Positions 22,233 through 31,459 of a stretch of 51,307 nt of DNA are shown one piece after another; position 1 is the first letter of the stretch, and every line of letters begins with the position of its first letter. The stretch is from NCBI GenBank assembly GCA_964525635.1, contig CAZGJX010000012.1, forward strand, positions 1 to 51,307, read 5' to 3'. The stretch is from an uncultured archaeon (lineage in GTDB: Archaea > Asgardarchaeota > Lokiarchaeia > Sigyniarchaeales > SOKP01). A program made the position numbers and the translations under genes. The notes beneath the pieces are model-generated. The model worked only from the letters and a program-made list of their open reading frames with translations, searched no databases and was not told the origin of the DNA.

Positions 22233-22561
22233 TCAAACACTTTTTTTACTAAATATTTGTTTTATTTATCTTACGTAAACTATTTCATATTTAATTCTTA
22301 TATCAGAATTTCAATTGCATTGGAAATAATTTCTGTTATAGGAAATTATATATTTTTTTAAAATAGAACACAATTTTTATATTCCCTTTAGATATGCAAA
22401 TAGGCATCAATTTATATATCGATCTAGTATAAAAGTGAAATATAAATCTTTTTTAGAAAAAAACTGAATAATATTATTTATAATTTTTATGGGAAGCAAT
22501 CAAAAATAAGGAGATATTTAGAATAATGATTCTTTAATTAAAGAATCAAAGGAATTTTGTA

Positions 22562-23671
22562 TTATTTATTCTTCTCCTTTTTTTCAGAAGTTCCATCTAT
22601 ATCCATTGAAAATTCATATTTCTCACCTGTTATATCCTCTAGATCCTTAATAATTCCCAAAAGATCCTCCCTTTTTCGCTTAGGGATCAATTCAAGGATT
22701 TCTTTTGTACTATCTTCCTTTTCCTTTGATTTTTCATATGCTTTTTTCTTTTCAAGTTTTTCAATCTGTAATTTACTCATAATTTTTTTATATTCTCCTT
22801 TAAAATTATTGAGTCCTACATTAATTAAATTCGACATACTTTCCCAGTTTTCTTGCTTTACAATTTTATCTGCCCATTGATATAGATCTCTATTGATTGT
22901 AATTGTTAGAACTTTTTTTTCTGAAGTATCTTTTTCTACTAACCACCTTAGAATATTACCAATTAAAACATCATTATCTAAAGCATAAAATCCATATTCT
23001 CTACTTAATGATGAAAATAGAGAGATACTTCCAAATCCAACAACTCTCCCTTTAAAATACTCAACAGCAACAATTAATGGAAATCTTGGAATATCCTCCT
23101 CAATCCATTCTTTCCCATCATAAACTTTATGCCATGCATTTAAATCAGTTTTTAATAAAACCTCAAGTTTAATATCGTTACTTTCTTCAATAAATTCATC
23201 TAATTTAATTGAACAGGCACTAGACAACACTATTTTGTTTATATGTTCTGTTATTGTATGTGGTTTAAATTTATTAAAAATAGGTCTTTTTTGTATATTT
23301 GCATAATTCATAGAATCGTTAATTTCATCTGAGACAAACTCAAATTTGAATTTTTGAGTTAATTCATTCAGATTGGTTCGATTTTTATAATCTCCGCCAG
23401 TTGAGCTTATAATAAATAAACTTCCCCCATTTTTTACATATTTTTCTAAGACTTCAATTTCTTTTTCTGAAAATTTTTGATTTCTTGGACTTGATAAAAG
23501 AATTAAATTATATTTTTCTAATTTTTCTAATGAATCAAAACCTGCTTGGATTTTTCCTATTTTAAAACCTGAAGTAAATAAAAATTGAATAAAATCTGAA
23601 TAAGATGTTGCTTCTAAGGTTATTTTATTATTGTGACTATAATCTAATACTATCGCTGCTTTAATTGGCAT
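22562..23671 (-). CDS. GldG/IFT52 (GIFT, DUF4350-like) domain protein with C-terminal RHH-like segment
   Basis: LDYSHN, FSEKEIEVLEKYVKNGGSLFI, NLNEL, GRVVGFGS, DNDVLIGNILRWL. Confidence 0.7.
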   Translation of the reverse strand: MPIKAAIVLDYSHNNKITLEATSYSDFIQFLFTSGFKIGKIQAGFDSLEKLEKYNLILLSSPRNQKFSEKEIEVLEKYVKNGGSLFIISSTGGDYKNRTNLNELTQKFKFEFVSDEINDSMNYANIQKRPIFNKFKPHTITEHINKIVLSSACSIKLDEFIEESNDIKLEVLLKTDLNAWHKVYDGKEWIEEDIPRFPLIVAVEYFKGRVVGFGSISLFSSLSREYGFYALDNDVLIGNILRWLVEKDTSEKKVLTITINRDLYQWADKIVKQENWESMSNLINVGLNNFKGEYKKIMSKLQIEKLEKKKAYEKSKEKEDSTKEILELIPKRKREDLLGIIKDLEDITGEKYEFSMDIDGTSEKKEKNK

Positions 23672-23773
23672 CTTTATATAATTTTACATATATTATTTTT
23701 CTCAATTATAATAAAATCTAGTAATTATCTAATATAAATTCTCATTTTTATGAATAACTTAAAAATTCAGTAT

Positions 23774-24637
23774 TTATACTCCTATTTCACTTATGTAAAT
23801 ATCATATACTATATGATATAAACCAGGACCATAACTTTTAATGAATCTTTTATCATTTAATTTAGAAGTATAACCTAAATCACTAGCTATTTCTGAAAAT
23901 TCATTGAATAAATCTAAAGAATTATTTTTGTCAACAACTCCTTCATAATGGATTATTGTTCCAGAATGTTTTGTTAAAGATAAAGCATCTTTAATATAAT
24001 TTTTTGGAGCGGGAAATACACCCATAATTATACGATCAGCTTTAAGACCATTTTCTCTCAGTTTTAGTACCTCTTCTTTACAGTCCCCATGAATTGGTAT
24101 TATTTTATCCTCCAAATGATTAATCTCAATATTTTGAACCAAATAATTGTAAGAGATAGGATTTAATTCAATACTATAGATTTTTTCAGCTAGAGAATAT
24201 TTCGCTATAGAGAGTGAAAAATACCCTATTCCTGCGAACATATCTACTATAATTTCTCCTTTCTTAACGATATTAGCAATATGTTTTCTTTCAAGGATAT
24301 TTCCTTTACTAAACATAATCTGTTCAATGTTAAATTTGTATATAATACCATGTTCCTTATGTTCCACATTGGGATTATCAATTCCTGCAAGAAATTTTAT
24401 ACCTTTTGGTTCTCTAAATTGACCTTCTATTTTTCCCTGATTTAAATAAACTGATTTTATATAAGGAAGTAGTTTTAAATATTCCTTACCAATCATCTCT
24501 TTTTTTTTCATTAAGTTTGGATGCAATTTTATTATTATTACTTTACCTAAAGTTTGATAACTTCTTGGAAGTAAATCTGTTTCTTCTTTAGATAGTCTTT
24601 CCTGAAGTCTCTCTTTTAATCTTTGTTTAAATCCCAT
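23774..24637 (-). CDS. taw2: Met-10/Trm5-Taw2 family SAM-dependent tRNA modification enzyme
   Basis: HKEHG..Y...MFSKGN..ER, VDMFAGIGYF, ELNP, ADRIIMG, IHYE, KSYGP. Confidence 0.8.
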   Translation of the reverse strand: MGFKQRLKERLQERLSKEETDLLPRSYQTLGKVIIIKLHPNLMKKKEMIGKEYLKLLPYIKSVYLNQGKIEGQFREPKGIKFLAGIDNPNVEHKEHGIIYKFNIEQIMFSKGNILERKHIANIVKKGEIIVDMFAGIGYFSLSIAKYSLAEKIYSIELNPISYNYLVQNIEINHLEDKIIPIHGDCKEEVLKLRENGLKADRIIMGVFPAPKNYIKDALSLTKHSGTIIHYEGVVDKNNSLDLFNEFSEIASDLGYTSKLNDKRFIKSYGPGLYHIVYDIYISEIGV

Positions 24638-24816
24638 GTATGTTTGTTCATCTCTAAAAACTTTAAAATTCTTTTTTTTTCAGATTTTTATATTTACATT
24701 TGTTATTAGTAAATTATTTATTATCAAATTATTATAAAGTAGCTGTAAATACTAATATATCAGTTATGATCTATCTTTATAGAAAAAATATATGAAATAA
24801 TATAGAAACAAAGAAT

Positions 24817-26667
24817 ATGCCAAGTTTAAAAGATTTTTGTGTCTCTGAGGATAAAGTGTGGTTTGGAAAATATTGGCCAAAAGGAGTTCCTAAACATTTA
24901 TATCAAGTGGAGGGAATTAAAATTGAGTCGATGTTTAATACATTCATATCTCAAGCTACTGAAGAGGATTTTTGGGATAAGGTAGTTTGTTTGGCTGTTT
25001 TTGGACCATATATCGAGAAAGTTATATTTAGAACATTATATAATTATGCAAGAAAATTTGGAAGTTTCTTATCTAATCTTGGGATTCGAAAAGGAGATGT
25101 AATTGCTATAGACCTTCCAAATTCTATTAATTTTGTAATTGCATATATGGGGGCTCAGTATATAGGAGCGATTGTAGTAGGTATTAATCCTACTTATAAA
25201 CCAATGGAATTATTACATTCTTTAGATATTTCAGAGGCAAAAGTTTTTGTTATGATGGATGCCTTATATATTGCTGGACCAAATACTATTTTATCAAAAA
25301 CAAAAGTAAAACATGTAATATCAACAAATTTATTAGATTTTATAACAGCTCCTCCCGATAAATTCCAATCTCTTAGAAATAAAATTCCAAATTTTCAAGA
25401 TAAGATCCCTGATAAAACAGATGATTATATTGTTTATAGAATGAAAAATATAATTGAAAACACTGAAATTATAGATATTAAACCAGAAATAGATCCATGG
25501 GAAGATCCTGCAGTTCTTTTAATGACTGGTGGAACTACAGGATTACCGAAATTAGCAATGTTAAGTCATGCTAATTTAATTTCTGATTTATATCAATTGA
25601 AACCATGGGTAAATTTAAAAACTGGAATGATAACTATCGGATCATTACCCTTTTTTCATAGTTTTGGAATGACAACTGTTATGAATGGAGCTTTATGTCT
25701 AGGGATGAAAATGCTTCTCTTTCCGAGACCTCCTGAAGATGAATTATTATGTGAAACAATTAATAAATTAGATACACCTGAAGGTATCATATATATAGGT
25801 GTTGAAATGCTTTTTAAACGTTTAATTAATTTTGTAGAACACTTGGGTAAAAAGAAATTTAAAAAGAAATATGATTTTCATAAAAAATTAAAATATGTGG
25901 TTCAAGGGGCTAGTCCATTGCATGATTATGTTAGAATTCCTTTTGAAGATATATTTTGTCCAATAAGAGCTGGTTATGGTTTAACAGAAACATCTCCAGT
26001 TATCTCTTTAACGCCTTTTTGGGGGCACATCAAAATTGGTAAAATAGGATTGCCTTTGCCTAGCACAGATTGGGCCATATTCAAACCAGATGATTTTGAA
26101 TCCGGACCTATTTGTGATGGAACAAAAGAAAGAGGTAATTTTGGAATAGAAAATACGGGAGAGATTTGTGTTGCTGGACCTCAAATAATGCTTGGATACA
26201 AGGGAGAAATAGAAAAAGAAGAGAATATAAGATTTTGGAATGGTCAAAGATGGCTTCAAACAGGTGATATTGGATTTATGGATGAATATGGATGGTGTGA
26301 AATTCGAGATCGTAAGAAATCATTAATAAAAGTTTCAGGTCATTCAGTTTATCCAAAAGAAGTTGAAGAATTGATGGGAAAACATGAGGCAATTGATGAA
26401 GTTGCTATAGCAGGGATACCAAATGAATTAAGGGGTGAAGTTGTTAAAGCGTGGGTTACACTTAAAAAAGGATACAAAGAAGGTAAAAATATAACCAGTC
26501 AACAAATAAAAGAATGGTGTTTAAAAAATATAGCAAAATGGAAAATTCCAGAATATATAGAGTTTGTAAGAAAGATGCCTATTAGTTTTACTGGAAAAGT
26601 TCAACATCGAGTGCTTCAAACTAAGGATATAGAAAGACTAAAAAAAGGAAGAGAAATTAAAGGTTGA
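24817..26667 (+). CDS. Long-chain acyl-CoA synthetase (AMP-binding)
   Basis: MTGGTTGLPK, GYGLTETSP, QTGDIG, RDRKK, TGKV. Confidence 0.93.
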   Translation: MPSLKDFCVSEDKVWFGKYWPKGVPKHLYQVEGIKIESMFNTFISQATEEDFWDKVVCLAVFGPYIEKVIFRTLYNYARKFGSFLSNLGIRKGDVIAIDLPNSINFVIAYMGAQYIGAIVVGINPTYKPMELLHSLDISEAKVFVMMDALYIAGPNTILSKTKVKHVISTNLLDFITAPPDKFQSLRNKIPNFQDKIPDKTDDYIVYRMKNIIENTEIIDIKPEIDPWEDPAVLLMTGGTTGLPKLAMLSHANLISDLYQLKPWVNLKTGMITIGSLPFFHSFGMTTVMNGALCLGMKMLLFPRPPEDELLCETINKLDTPEGIIYIGVEMLFKRLINFVEHLGKKKFKKKYDFHKKLKYVVQGASPLHDYVRIPFEDIFCPIRAGYGLTETSPVISLTPFWGHIKIGKIGLPLPSTDWAIFKPDDFESGPICDGTKERGNFGIENTGEICVAGPQIMLGYKGEIEKEENIRFWNGQRWLQTGDIGFMDEYGWCEIRDRKKSLIKVSGHSVYPKEVEELMGKHEAIDEVAIAGIPNELRGEVVKAWVTLKKGYKEGKNITSQQIKEWCLKNIAKWKIPEYIEFVRKMPISFTGKVQHRVLQTKDIERLKKGREIKG

Positions 26668-26781
26668 TTGAAATTATTTTTAATATTGTTTTATCTAATC
26701 ATTCCCTTTAATTCCTTTAAGACTAATCCATATATCTTTATCTTTTTTGTATTTTTATTTAATTAATAATATATTTTTTTA

Positions 26782-27078
26782 TTTAATGAATATAATTCAA
26801 AAGTTCATAATATGTTTCTTGATCTAGCTAAAAAGGCATTTTCTGATGGATCATTATAAAAGAAGTACAAGGAATTAATTGCTTTGGGTATATCTTTAGT
26901 GATTCGGTGCGAGCCTTGTGTCCAAAGTCATATTAAAAAAGCCTTAAGTGTGGGAGCTATTAAGGAAGAAATAATAGAAGTTATAAAAATAGGAATTGAA
27001 ATGGGTGGTGGACCTGCTCAAGTTTCGGGAAGATTCGCTATAAAAGTAGTAGATTATTATTTAAAAAAGTCAGATTAA
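26782..27078 (+). pseudogene. AhpD/carboxymuconolactone decarboxylase family, N-terminally decayed, TAA at 26857-26859
   Basis: MFLDLAKKAFSDGSL*KKYKELIALGIS...RCEPCVQSH...EMGGGP. Confidence 0.85.
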
Positions 27079-27104
27079 TATTTGAAGGTATAATAATTTT
27101 TAAC

Positions 27105-27814
27105 ATGTCTGAAGTTGAAAATATCCTTACAAAATTAAAGGCAATGGGTATAAAAGAGCTATTAACAGATGGTCTGAAATGGGCTTGGATATAAAAACTT
27201 ATCTTGGTGTTGGACTGACAAAATTAAGAAAATATGCCCCTGAAGTTAAAAGAAACTCTAAAGATAGACATCAACTTGCTATAGACTTATGGGCTACAAG
27301 TTTCCATGATGCTAAAATCCTTGCAACTTATATAGAGGATCCAAAAAAAGTTACAAGAGATCAAATTGACGACCAAATAAAAGATATAGATTATTGGGAT
27401 TTAGGAGATAAACTTGTTACAAACGTGGTTTTAAAAACTGAATTTGTCAAATATTTTATTAATAAATGGAAGGATTCAAAAAATACTTGGTACCAAAGAT
27501 TTGCTTTCATTTTATTAGCAGAATATGCTTATAAGGATAAAAATTCGGATATAAAATTCTTGAAATTATTTTTAAATGAAATTGAAGATAAAATTAGAAA
27601 CGAAGAGAATTGGGTTCAAGAAGCTATGCTTTATACTATAATGGATATAGGTGGGCGAACAAAAGAACTTAATGAAAAATATATTGAATTGGGAAGGAAA
27701 CTTGCAGATATTGAAATTGATTATGGAGATACTCAATGTGAAACTCCAAAAATTTTAAAACATATGATAAAAGAACATAGACAAAAAAGAATAGAAACAT
27801 TTTATAAATTATAA
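27105..27814 (+). CDS. DNA alkylation repair protein (AlkD-like), N-terminus frameshifted
   Basis: LGV...LRK.A, LAIDLW...DAKILA, WDLGD. The upstream ATG at 27105 (MSEVENILTKLKAMG) is 1 nt out of frame with ORF 27179. Confidence 0.75.
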
Positions 27815-27866
27815 AAAAAACAAAAATAGTGTAATGTAATTTAAATAATGGTAAAGTAATTTAGAG

Positions 27867-28679
27867 GTGTCTCTAATAAAAAAAGTATTAACAATAGCAG
27901 GATCAGATTCTGGAGGTGGAGCGGGTATTCAAGCAGATCTAAAATCATTTGCAGCAAGAGGAGTTTATGGAACATGTGCTATAACAGCTCTTACTGCTCA
28001 AAATACTCTTAGTGTAGATGGTATATTTATAATTCGAGCTGATTTTGTAGGAAAACAAATTGATTCTGTAATGAATGATATTGGTGCAGATGCTTGGAAA
28101 ACGGGAATGTTAGTGAATGATGAAATTATTAAGGTTGTTTCTGAAAAAACTATTGAATATAACATGGAAAAGTTAATCATTGATCCAGTTATGGTAGCTA
28201 AAAGTGGAGATTTTTTATTACAAAAAGAAGCAATTAATGCTTTAAAAACAAAATTGATTCCTTTAGCTTACATAATAACTCCAAATCATCATGAAGCAGA
28301 AGTAATAACAAAAAAAAAAATAAATAATTTAATTGATACTGAAAAAGCTGCTAAGTTAATTTATAATATGGGAGCAAAAAATGTACTCATAAAGGGAGGT
28401 CATATTCCTCACATTAAAGATGCCATCGATATTCTCTATGATGGCAATGAAATATCTCAAATAAGTGCTGAGAGGATTGATACCAAAAACACTCATGGAA
28501 CAGGATGTACTTATGCTTCTTTAATAGCCGCTGAAATTGCAAAAGGTAAAAGTGTAAAATCAGCAGTTCATAATGCAAAAATTTATTTAACTGATGCTAT
28601 ATTATCTGCGAAAAATCTGAAAATTGGTAAAGGTCATGGACCTTTAAATCATTTTTTTAACTTTAAATTTGATCAGTAA
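27867..28679 (+). CDS. thiD: Hydroxymethylpyrimidine/phosphomethylpyrimidine kinase
   Basis: TIAGSDSGGGAGIQADLK, DPVMVAKSG, TPNHHEA, THGTGC, GHGP. Confidence 0.97.
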   Translation: MSLIKKVLTIAGSDSGGGAGIQADLKSFAARGVYGTCAITALTAQNTLSVDGIFIIRADFVGKQIDSVMNDIGADAWKTGMLVNDEIIKVVSEKTIEYNMEKLIIDPVMVAKSGDFLLQKEAINALKTKLIPLAYIITPNHHEAEVITKKKINNLIDTEKAAKLIYNMGAKNVLIKGGHIPHIKDAIDILYDGNEISQISAERIDTKNTHGTGCTYASLIAAEIAKGKSVKSAVHNAKIYLTDAILSAKNLKIGKGHGPLNHFFNFKFDQ

Positions 28680-28795
28680 AATAAATTAAATTTGATTTTA
28701 TATGTTGATTCTTGCTATTGATTCCAGAAATAATGTGTATATAGACTTACTTGATGTCTAAAATGTTTATATAATTATTTTTTTTATTTTATTTT

Positions 28796-29466
28796 ATGAG
28801 TGAATCTAAAATATCGATAAAAAATTTATTAAAAACCATTTCTATAACAATTATTATTTTTTTTGCCTCCTTTTTAGTTTTTTTTTAATTATATCCAATT
28901 TAAAAACTGAGAATGAAACTGCAGGTGGTTTTATTGATTGGAAACCTGCTATTTATCTTTATCCTCAAGAGCGAACTCGAATAAATATATCACTTTCGAT
29001 CAATGGAAAAATTATAGAAAGTGGTCCTGATTATAATAATGGTTGGAGTGTTATTGTAAATCCAAACAGAATTATTGATGGAGGATATGATTATTTATTT
29101 TATGAAGCTGAACTTAATTATTTGGAAAATCCTTCTAAAGGATGGTCTATTCCGTACACCCAACTTGAAAATTGGATGGATGTGAAGTTAATTCAACTTG
29201 GATTAAATCACAATTAAAAGGAAGAATTTAAAGAATTTTGGCTGGATTTTCTCCCTAAAGCAAATTATTATATAATTAGATTAATCTCAAAAGAGTATTT
29301 AGATAAGAATTTGGGGTTATTCATAGATCCCTTGCCTGATATACTAATTAGAATGATGTTAATCTTTAAACCTTCACAAAATCCTTTAACAATAGAAAGT
29401 CATGTTATTATCTCTTCAAACAGAACTGGATTTACTGCTGTGGAATAGGGGGGTTTCTTATATAGT
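28796..29466 (+). pseudogene. Membrane-anchored conserved hypothetical protein (KPxIYLYP...YLFYE...VEWGG family), decayed
   Basis: Frameshift in the poly-T TM region, TAA at 29215-29217, and TAG at 29446-29448 within VE*GG. The end coordinate is approximate. Confidence 0.8.
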
Positions 29467-29523
29467 ATAATTTCTCCCTTCTTTTTTTTATTTTAAAATT
29501 TTAATAATAGAATTATTAACCTT

Positions 29524-29913
29524 TTATTTCGTAATTTCAACTCTATTACCATTAAGATCTAAAATAATACTTTCAAAATATCCATCTCCTGTTATTCTCG
29601 GTTTGCTTATCACTTCAAACCCCTCATTTTTCAATTAATTTGTTAAAGAAATGACGTTTGTTTCTGATCCTATAGCTATAGCAAAATGAATTAATCCAGT
29701 ATGTTGAACCAAATTATTATTCTTATTCCCCACTACTGATGGCATTTGCATTATTTCTAGAAGACAATTATCGTTAAATGATAGAAAATAGGATTCAAAT
29801 TTTGTTTTATTATTTCTATATTTTATACTAGACTTAGCACCAAAGTATTTGATATAAGAATTTTTTATTCTTTCTTAATTATTTGTAAAAATTCCTATGT
29901 GTTCTATTCTCAT
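29524..29913 (-). pseudogene. VOC/glyoxalase family protein, decayed
   Basis: MRIEHIGIFTNN*ERIK..Y..YFGA...FESYFLSF...LEIM / GLIHFAI..GS...[21 protein letters not shown], with two stops and one frameshift. Confidence 0.88.
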
Positions 29914-29946
29914 TAATAACTTCCATTATATGATTAAGATAGTTGT

Positions 29947-30303
29947 TTATATCGGTAAATAGAATTTACACAGTTTACATTGATTAGCTCTCAATCTTCT
30001 TTCTGGGCCTAAAACAATAAGATGTTCCTGCATTCCGCCTCCGCATTTGGGACATGTTTCTAAGAAATTTTTCTTTATTGAATTTAACACATTTTCAATT
30101 CCTTTCTCCAGTTTTAAAAGTTCATTTGCATTCTCTATTATTTTATTAGCAGAAATTATACCTATTCCTTTTATCCAAGCTAGTTGTTCAGGTTTAGAAT
30201 TAGCAATTTCTTCAATACTTCTAACTCCTGATTGAAGAAGTCTATCTGCTGCTATAGGACCTATTCCTCTAACTCGGACAAGTTCTTCAGTCATATAAAT
30301 CAT
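29947..30303 (-). CDS. Helix-hairpin-helix protein with C-terminal Zn ribbon
   Basis: VRGIGP and IKGIG HhH motifs; CPKCG...CKLC. Confidence 0.85.
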   Translation of the reverse strand: MIYMTEELVRVRGIGPIAADRLLQSGVRSIEEIANSKPEQLAWIKGIGIISANKIIENANELLKLEKGIENVLNSIKKNFLETCPKCGGGMQEHLIVLGPERRLRANQCKLCKFYLPI

Positions 30304-30468
30304 ATTTACCCTAGATAATAATTAGTAACCTTAGATTATCTTTAATCATTAACTCTTTACAAGATAATAAGTTTGATAGATTCTTTACACTTAATAATAA
30401 TTTATATAATGTATTAATAAAAAAAATATTTGAGATTTCAAATAAATAAGGAATTTATTTGAGATATA

Positions 30469-31206
30469 TTATTCTAATTGACGTAATACTCCATAATATG
30501 TTCCATATGCTCCTAAAATTGCCGAAATACCTGATATTATTGAAAATACAATTCTAATTGTATTATCATTTAATGTATTTGATAAAAATATAAGATATAT
30601 TACTGCAAAAAGCCCTGTATTTCCAATAATAAAGACACCCCATTTTTTCTTTAGATCTCTATCTTCAAATCGATGATATACTTTACTAGTATAGTAATAA
30701 GTTGGTATTACCACATATAAACTATATATACCAATAATATAAAGGAAAAGAGGCCATTCCCAAGCAGGTAACCATTTAGTATCAGCATTCATTGTAATTC
30801 CTAAATCAGGATCAATATAAAAAAATAATGAACAAACTAGAAGTACAGCATATATTCCTATAAATAATATTTGTTTAACTGTATTCACTACTTTTTCTGA
30901 TTTCAGAATTATTAATATGAATAATAAATTAAATATAGTGCTTATAGCTGTCAAGATCGTAGTAATAAAATTTAAAGATAAAACTGCTAGTTCAATAGTT
31001 AGGGGCGCATAAATGAAATTAATAGATAATGAAATTGCTGGTATTAGATATTGAAAACTGAAAATATAATTTAATCGCTTTTTATCTCTTTTAAGAATTT
31101 TATAGACTAAATAAATAAAAAAAACGACTAAAAAACCTTGGACACCATATACCGTTATAATACGAACAGGAGTTAATGGTGATTCTTGAAAAAGATTATG
31201 AATCAA
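30469..31206 (-). CDS. Polytopic (~7 TM) membrane protein, receptor-like
   Basis: About seven hydrophobic segments, same size class as the 5401 and 6337 proteins. Confidence 0.75.
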   Translation of the reverse strand: MIHNLFQESPLTPVRIITVYGVQGFLVVFFIYLVYKILKRDKKRLNYIFSFQYLIPAISLSINFIYAPLTIELAVLSLNFITTILTAISTIFNLLFILIILKSEKVVNTVKQILFIGIYAVLLVCSLFFYIDPDLGITMNADTKWLPAWEWPLFLYIIGIYSLYVVIPTYYYTSKVYHRFEDRDLKKKWGVFIIGNTGLFAVIYLIFLSNTLNDNTIRIVFSIISGISAILGAYGTYYGVLRQLE

Positions 31207-31459
31207 TTTTTGTCACTCTGAATAAATAATTATCTTTAATAATATATTCAGAACTATGGTTAATAAAGCTTGTTTATTAGTTTAAATAACATATTGATAT
31301 TCATTTATTGATTCATTTTTAAAATTAATTATACCTCATATTTAATGTGATTTTTAAGTTATATCTTTTAAAATCGAGAGAAATTAAAAATAATCAAAGT
31401 ATATAAAAATATCAAAAGATTCTATTTAAACAGATAAAATTCTTTATAATTTTTAGGAA

